Source: Actinomycetes bacterium (GTDB lineage Bacteria > Actinomycetota > Aquicultoria > UBA3085 > Oleimmundimicrobiaceae). Taken from it: a stretch of DNA of 64,000 bases. The stretch covers positions 1,603 through 65,602 of the forward strand of contig JAUWKI010000001.1 in NCBI GenBank assembly GCA_030614255.1, in the 5' to 3' direction. Below, piece after piece: positions 58,907 through 64,000 of the stretch. The position numbers and the translations under genes were made by a program. The notes beneath the pieces were generated by a model. The model searched no databases, was not told the origin of the DNA, and saw only the letters and a program-made list of their open reading frames with translations. Position 1 is the stretch's first letter; the number at the start of each line of letters is the position of its first letter.

Positions 58907-60938
58907 AATTTCCCAGGACACAGCTGAAGCAATTCTCTCTAACGCAGCAGATGGATTAGTTGCTTTTGACAGAGACAATAAAATTATTTTTATAAATCCT
59001 GTGGCAGAACAATTCCTGGGGGTTAAACGAGAAAAAATTATAGGTAAACTCGTCAGCATGTGTAATTTGCTGGGGGCCAAAGAGAAAAGTCAGAGCGAAG
59101 AGTTGTTGAAATGCTGGCAATATTTTGGGTGCAATCACAAAATATGCCCGATGCACAACAAAGAAGAGCCGTGTTGCTGGCTTTGCTCAGATACTTTTTG
59201 TAATGGCACCTTTAAAGGGAGTTTTAAAAAAAAGATTGATGACTGTAAAGAGTGCGAGTTATTTAAGTTAAATGAAAAAATATTGGAAGAAACAGGAATG
59301 CCCTCCGTTAAGCAAGTAATTGCCAGAAAATCTGGTCATAGAATCTTACAAATTAAAACGAACCCGGTATTTAGTAAAAAAGATGAGTTTTTAGGGTATG
59401 TTAAATCTCTGCATGATATAACCGCTGAAAAGAAGATCGACCAGTTGAAGACAGAGTTTGTCTCAACAGTTTCACATGAACTTCGAACCCCGCTTACATC
59501 TATTAAAGGTTATGTTGATCTTCTTTTAGAGCAAGAGGCCGGTAGTATTAATCAAACGCAAAGAGAATTTCTGCGCATCGTAAAACAGAATAACGACCGT
59601 CTCGTTACTTTAATTAATGATTTGTTGGATATTTCAAAAATTGAGTCAGGTCGAGTACATTTTAAGATCAAAACACAGAATCTCACCGAAATTTTGACTG
59701 AAGTTACTGATACTTTCAAGATGCTTGCAAATCAGAAAAAACAGATTTTCAAACTTGACATTTCAAATAACTTACCTGAAATTGCAGCGGACAGGGATCG
59801 TTTATCACAAGTTGTGGCCAATCTTGTAAGTAATGCGATAAAGTATACGCCAACCGGTGGCACCATAAAGGTTAGAGCGATGCAAAAAGATTCTCGAGTT
59901 GAAGTCCGTGTTACTGATAATGGCATGGGGATATCCCAAGAAGATCAAGACAGCCTCTTTACGAAGTTTTTTCGAGTCGATAGTTCTCTTACTCGTGAGG
60001 TTGGAGGAACCGGTTTGGGTTTATCCATTTGTAAGACCATAATTGAGTTACATGGTGGAAAAATTTGGGTAGATAGTGATTTTGGCAAGGGGAGCACATT
60101 CATTTTTTCAATTCCCATTTACAAAGTTATTGAAGAGGAAAAAATGAAAAGAATTCCTCGCGATCTTCTTAAAAAAGGTTTTAAGAAAGGTAAGAAAATT
60201 CTGGTAGTGGATGATGAACCAGAAATTGCAATGCTGCTTCAGATTTATCTTGAAAAAGAAGGGTATAATGTAGTGAAAGCATTTAGCGGGGAAGAAGCGT
60301 TAGAGGTTGTGAGAGACGAAAAGCCGGATCTAATTACTTTAGATATAATGATGGACAAGATGAATGGTTTCGAAGTCCTTCAGGAATTAAAGGACAGGTC
60401 GGATATGACCAATATTCCTGTTGTTGTTCTTTCAATTGTTTCAGATGAATACAGGGGGATAAAACTTGGAGCAGTAGACTATCTCACTAAACCAATCAAT
60501 GTAGAAAAGCTCTCTAAGACGGTAGGGGATATACTTCGGTATGCCGGAACATCAAAAAAGATTTTGATTGTAGATGACGATAAGGATCTCGTGCGATTGA
60601 TTCAAGAGATACTCACTGACAAAAATTACAATACGATTGTTGCGTATAATGGGTTGGAGGGAGTAATTGCCGCAAAAAAAGAGAATCCCGACCTCATCCT
60701 CTTAGATATAAAAATGCCTGAATTGAATGGTTATGAGGTCATACGGAAGTTAAAAGGGGCAGAAGAAACCTGTAAAATACCAATCGTCGTTATGACAGCT
60801 TATGAATTTGATAAAACACAGACTGAGACACTAAGCTTAGTTGAGGAGCAAATTTTGAAACCCTTTTCGATCGATATTATAGCCACAAAAGTCAGGGAGG
60901 TTTTTGAAGGAGGTCCGACAGAAAATGTCAAAGATTAA
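58899..60938 (+). CDS. hybrid sensor histidine kinase paralog: PAS - Cys-rich module - HisKA - HATPase_c - REC - REC
   Basis: Same architecture as 56452..58473 (STVSHELRTPLTSIKGY, DNGMGIS, GGTGLGLSICK, two receivers); start overlaps the upstream RR stop. Confidence 0.85.
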   Translation: MSKISQDTAEAILSNAADGLVAFDRDNKIIFINPVAEQFLGVKREKIIGKLVSMCNLLGAKEKSQSEELLKCWQYFGCNHKICPMHNKEEPCCWLCSDTFCNGTFKGSFKKKIDDCKECELFKLNEKILEETGMPSVKQVIARKSGHRILQIKTNPVFSKKDEFLGYVKSLHDITAEKKIDQLKTEFVSTVSHELRTPLTSIKGYVDLLLEQEAGSINQTQREFLRIVKQNNDRLVTLINDLLDISKIESGRVHFKIKTQNLTEILTEVTDTFKMLANQKKQIFKLDISNNLPEIAADRDRLSQVVANLVSNAIKYTPTGGTIKVRAMQKDSRVEVRVTDNGMGISQEDQDSLFTKFFRVDSSLTREVGGTGLGLSICKTIIELHGGKIWVDSDFGKGSTFIFSIPIYKVIEEEKMKRIPRDLLKKGFKKGKKILVVDDEPEIAMLLQIYLEKEGYNVVKAFSGEEALEVVRDEKPDLITLDIMMDKMNGFEVLQELKDRSDMTNIPVVVLSIVSDEYRGIKLGAVDYLTKPINVEKLSKTVGDILRYAGTSKKILIVDDDKDLVRLIQEILTDKNYNTIVAYNGLEGVIAAKKENPDLILLDIKMPELNGYEVIRKLKGAEETCKIPIVVMTAYEFDKTQTETLSLVEEQILKPFSIDIIATKVREVFEGGPTENVKD

Positions 60939-61317
60939 AATTTTGGTTGCCGATGATGAGCCCGATATTTCCAAATTGATACAGTTTACCTTAGAGAGAA
61001 GAGGACATGAGATTATTTTGGCCGAAAATGGGCAAGATGCGTTGGATCTAGCAAAAAAAGAGTGCCCTGATTTGATTTTGCTTGACGTAATAATGCCGAT
61101 TATTAACGGATACGAAGTGTGTAAACTGTTAAGAGAAGACCCTAAAACAAAAAACATTCCAATAATTATGTTGTCGGGAAAAACGCAGAAAACAGAGATA
61201 GAGCACGGTATAGAGCTTGGAGCACATAGCTATATTTGTAAGCCGTTTAGCCCAAAGGAGTTCGCGGATACGGTTGAAAATATTTTAAACAAAGAAAAAA
61301 GACCTTTGGCCGAATGA
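60925..61317 (+). CDS. single-domain (CheY-like) response regulator receiver
   Basis: KILVADDEPD...ILLDVIMPIINGYE...CKPF receiver motifs; overlaps the HK2 stop; no output domain. Confidence 0.8.
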   Translation: MSKIKILVADDEPDISKLIQFTLERRGHEIILAENGQDALDLAKKECPDLILLDVIMPIINGYEVCKLLREDPKTKNIPIIMLSGKTQKTEIEHGIELGAHSYICKPFSPKEFADTVENILNKEKRPLAE

Positions 61318-61344
61318 GCCAATTCACGATAAGCATTTAAAAAA

Positions 61345-61377
61345 AACAGCTCCCTATAAAAGAGCTGTTTTTTTTAA
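61345..61377 (+). terminator. rho-independent terminator ending the HK-RR-HK-RR operon
   Basis: aacagctc cctataaaa gagctgtt hairpin followed by tttttttt. Confidence 0.6.
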
Positions 61378-61427
61378 AAAGTAGGGTTTTTTTAGTATTA
61401 ATTGAATATAAATAACTTAATGTTATT

Positions 61428-61961
61428 TTGATAAGAAAGAACGACTGGGAAAGCAAAGAAAGTAATCGATCGACGAAAGAAATAATTAACATTCAGAGGA
61501 AACCGGAAATGATTAAAGACTGGATAGAAGTGTTGAGAAAAAATTTCACACGGATATTTCCATGGATTTTATTGGTAGTTGCTATAATTGTCACCTCATC
61601 TATAGTAATTAATTCATCCAGAGAGGATTCGAAAAACGCTCGAGAAATCGAGACTAAGATAGATGAAAAAGTGGTAGCTGAAGAAAATGTCGAGACAAGC
61701 GTTGATTCAACCAAAGAAACATCGCTTTCTGAAAACAAGACTGAAGACCAAAAGTATGTAGGTAAAATAAGAGTTCTTATAAATGGTTTAAATTTACGAG
61801 ATGCACCATCTGGGAACTCAAGTGTCATAAAACAACTCAAGCGAGATGACATCTTGTTTATAATTTCCGAAGAGAATGGATGGTATAAAGTAACCGACGA
61901 AAAAGAGACAGAGGGCTATGTGACATCCGGCTCTCAATATGTCGAACTAATTCAGGAATAA
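61428..61961 (+). CDS. membrane-anchored SH3b-domain protein
   Basis: One TM helix (IFPWILLVVAIIVTSSIVI); C-terminal bacterial SH3-like motif (LNLRDAPSGNSSVI...GWYKV...GYV). Confidence 0.55.
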   Translation: MIRKNDWESKESNRSTKEIINIQRKPEMIKDWIEVLRKNFTRIFPWILLVVAIIVTSSIVINSSREDSKNAREIETKIDEKVVAEENVETSVDSTKETSLSENKTEDQKYVGKIRVLINGLNLRDAPSGNSSVIKQLKRDDILFIISEENGWYKVTDEKETEGYVTSGSQYVELIQE

Positions 61962-61965
61962 GCAT

Positions 61966-62292
61966 ATGAAGTCATTTGGCAAGGCGAGTGAGTTTTATAG
62001 GGTTAAACTGGTAGCGCTTACCGAAAATCAACCTGAGGAATTTGACTGGAAAGACGATATTCTTTATAGAAATCAGCCAGATAGGTTTGACGTAGTTAAC
62101 AAGACAGAACATATGATTATTATAGTGGATATCGATACGGGCGAGAACTTTTATGTAAGGCCTTATAGCTCCAGGCCGAAAGCTCAAAAAAAATTCGACA
62201 TCATAGAAAAAAACTTAAAAGAATTAACTAAAATTCAATTTGATAAGAGATATCGTGCTCATAAAGAAGAACCGTTTGATCCTCATTCATAG
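61966..62292 (+). CDS. hypothetical protein
   Basis: 108-aa ORF 5 nt after the SH3b gene stop; no recognisable motif. Confidence 0.45.
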   Translation: MKSFGKASEFYRVKLVALTENQPEEFDWKDDILYRNQPDRFDVVNKTEHMIIIVDIDTGENFYVRPYSSRPKAQKKFDIIEKNLKELTKIQFDKRYRAHKEEPFDPHS

Positions 62293-62703
62293 TGTGGAAA
62301 TTAAGAATATAAAAAATAAATAATGGGATAATAGTTTAGTTTACATAAGATATATTATCAAGCCCAAAATATTTAGATTGTATTTATATATTTCTCTCCC
62401 ATTAATCGCCCTCCTTTTACTTGATGACCCTTATTTCCCTTGTCTTATATTGGAAAGATTAGAAAACAGATATTTTTTTGTCATCAGGGTAATTATGGCC
62501 TTCAAAAATTTCTTGATAAGCATTAATCCTGGTCTGAAATCTCTAAAAATTAGCTTAAAAAGAAAAAACTCTTGCAGAAAACTCATTTTAACCTCATCTA
62601 GGTGGTCAAATGTTCTGAGAGCCCATATAAGCAACTTTTTTTAACAGCAAGTGGTTTTATATACCAAACATAGCTGATTTATTAAATAAGTTTGATTGAA
62701 ACA

Positions 62704-63756
62704 CTAAATAAGTGATTGCAGAGCTTCCAGTTGCTCTTTGGTCCCGATAACTATTAACACATCATCCTCAAGTATTTTCATTGAGGCCGAGGGATTTGTA
62801 TTATATGTTCCACTTCGCTTTATTGCTAAAATGAGGGCTCCGGTTTTACTTCTAATGTCTGCGTCTCCGAGAGTTGTATCTAATATTTTTGAATTTTGCT
62901 TTATCTTTAGTTCTTCTAACTGAAATTCCAGATCCTCACCATGGGTAACTATGTCCAAATAATCACAAGCTATCGGCTTAATCACTAGGGCTGCCATTCT
63001 TCTGCCACCAATTACGGCGGGAGATATTACCCTATCTGCTCCTGCTTTCTTTAATTTTTCCTTTGATTCCCCAGAATTTGCTCGAGCAACAATGAAAATC
63101 TCTGGATTGAGAGTTTTTGCAGATAATACAACGAAAATGTTGTCAGCATCTGTGTTAACCGCTGAAATTAAACCTTTAGCTTTAGTGATGCCAGCCAACT
63201 CCAATATCCTGTCATTTGTGGCATCACCTTCTACAAAAAACAGACTTTCCTCATCAAACCTGGCAATGATTTCAGGATCGTTTTCCACAATAACGAAAGG
63301 AGCTTTTGTTTTCTTGAATTCTTTGGCAACTTGACGGCCAACTCTTCCATAACCGCAGATGATATAATGTTTTTTTAAACCATCAATTTTCTTCCTCATT
63401 CTTCTCTCCCCCACTATCCCTTTAAGATGACCTTCAACTAAAAATTCAATAATGATACCCAACGCATATATTCCTGTTCCAACCCCACCGATTATCAAAC
63501 ACATGGTAAAAATTTTCCCAGTTGGAGAAAGCGCTCCGACTTCGCCAAATCCAACCGTCGAAATCGTAATAACTGTCATATAGAGGGATTCCAATACCGA
63601 CCATTCCTCTATTAACCTATAACCGATAACACCGGATATTAAGACTATAGAAAAAATAACTAAGGCTGACCTTAGTCTGGAGAGTATATTTAAATTATCG
63701 CTATACTTAAATTCCCGTACTCCCAAACCCGCTGCTTCCCCTCGATGTGTTATCAA
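62704..63756 (-). CDS. MthK/TrkA-like potassium channel (2TM pore + RCK_N + RCK_C); true start probably downstream of the ORF-track TTG
   Basis: Selectivity filter TISTVGFGEV between two TM helices; Rossmann GYGRVGRQVAKEF (RCK_N) and C-terminal RCK_C; the first ~17 codons overlap dut in another frame. Confidence 0.8.
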   Translation of the reverse strand: MITHRGEAAGLGVREFKYSDNLNILSRLRSALVIFSIVLISGVIGYRLIEEWSVLESLYMTVITISTVGFGEVGALSPTGKIFTMCLIIGGVGTGIYALGIIIEFLVEGHLKGIVGERRMRKKIDGLKKHYIICGYGRVGRQVAKEFKKTKAPFVIVENDPEIIARFDEESLFFVEGDATNDRILELAGITKAKGLISAVNTDADNIFVVLSAKTLNPEIFIVARANSGESKEKLKKAGADRVISPAVIGGRRMAALVIKPIACDYLDIVTHGEDLEFQLEELKIKQNSKILDTTLGDADIRSKTGALILAIKRSGTYNTNPSASMKILEDDVLIVIGTKEQLEALQSLI

Positions 63757-64000
63757 GCTCAGAAACTACCTTAAAAGAGGGAGTTTCTACCTTTTGTATC
63801 ACCAATTGACAAATCTTCTCTCCTCTTTTAATAGTAAATGTCTCTTTTTTATCAGTGTTGATGATGATTACACAAATTTCGCCTCTGTATTTTGAATCAA
63901 TTAAACCGGGAGTATTTACTATGCTAATTCCATGTTTGATTGCTAAACCGGAGCGTGGTTGAACGAATCCAGCATACCCCGTAGGTATTGAAAGAGCGAT
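63707..64000 (-). CDS. dut: dUTP diphosphatase, 5' partial (continues beyond the window end)
   Basis: Minus-strand frame translates ...PRSGLAIKHGISIVNTPGLIDSKYRGEI...RGSSGFGSTGI*, with stop tta (plus strand) at 63707..63709; not in the ORF track because no start lies in the window. Confidence 0.85.
   Translation of the reverse strand: MALSIPTGYAGFVQPRSGLAIKHGISIVNTPGLIDSKYRGEICVIIINTDKKETFTIKRGEKICQLVIQKVETPSFKVVSELDNTSRGSSGFGSTGI

Noticed and set aside
62378-62644. 88-aa + strand ORF (and the 67-aa minus-strand ORF 62431..62634) in the 410-bp gap
   Set aside because: Both are hydrophobic, low-complexity products of AT-rich sequence with no RBS and no recognisable motif. I treat them as non-coding, though the region itself is flagged.
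1-64000. CRISPR arrays, rRNA/tRNA genes, IS elements
   Set aside because: I found no regularly spaced direct repeats, rRNA-like conserved stretches, tRNA cloverleaf signatures or transposase-like ORFs on either strand.

Overview
This window is a dense, AT-rich bacterial chromosomal segment with Firmicutes/Clostridia-like gene order, almost entirely coding on the + strand. In order it carries: a thiamine cluster (thiE partial, a Thi4-type thiazole synthase, thiC, thiL, thiD); rpmB divergent from asp23-yloV-degV-recG; rsmD-coaD; yceD-rpmF-plsX followed by a type II fatty-acid synthesis operon (fabH, fabD, fabG, acpP, fabK, fabF) that has an acyl-CoA dehydrogenase plus EtfB/EtfA (EtfA with a ferredoxin domain) inserted between fabH and fabD; rnc-smc-ftsY-ffh-rpsP-KH-rimM-trmD-rplS; rnhB, then a GC-rich spacer, yraN, comM, dprA, xerC and a FliA-type sigma factor; a SAM-I riboswitch and metK followed by a PflX-like radical SAM gene, two small unknown proteins and convergent MTA-phosphorylase and MTA/SAH-deaminase genes; an RlpA-like gene; priA-def-fmt-rsmB-rpe; an FMN riboswitch in front of ribD-ribE-ribBA-ribH and a cupin gene. 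The 3' ~10 kb looks accessory or signalling-related: an ECF sigma/anti-sigma pair, an FmdB zinc-ribbon gene, a 466-bp intergenic region with TGGT(n)ACCA palindromes, a translationally coupled HK-RR-HK-RR operon whose two paralogous hybrid histidine kinases each carry a conserved Cys-rich insert and two C-terminal receiver domains and which encodes no output domain, an SH3b membrane protein, an MthK-like K+ channel, and dut (partial). I found no rRNA, tRNA, CRISPR array, transposase or phage genes. The most unusual elements are the Cys-rich double hybrid kinase phosphorelay operon, the Bcd/Etf module embedded in the FASII operon, the GC-rich structured spacer after rnhB, and the SAM / 5'-deoxyadenosine-salvage neighbourhood.
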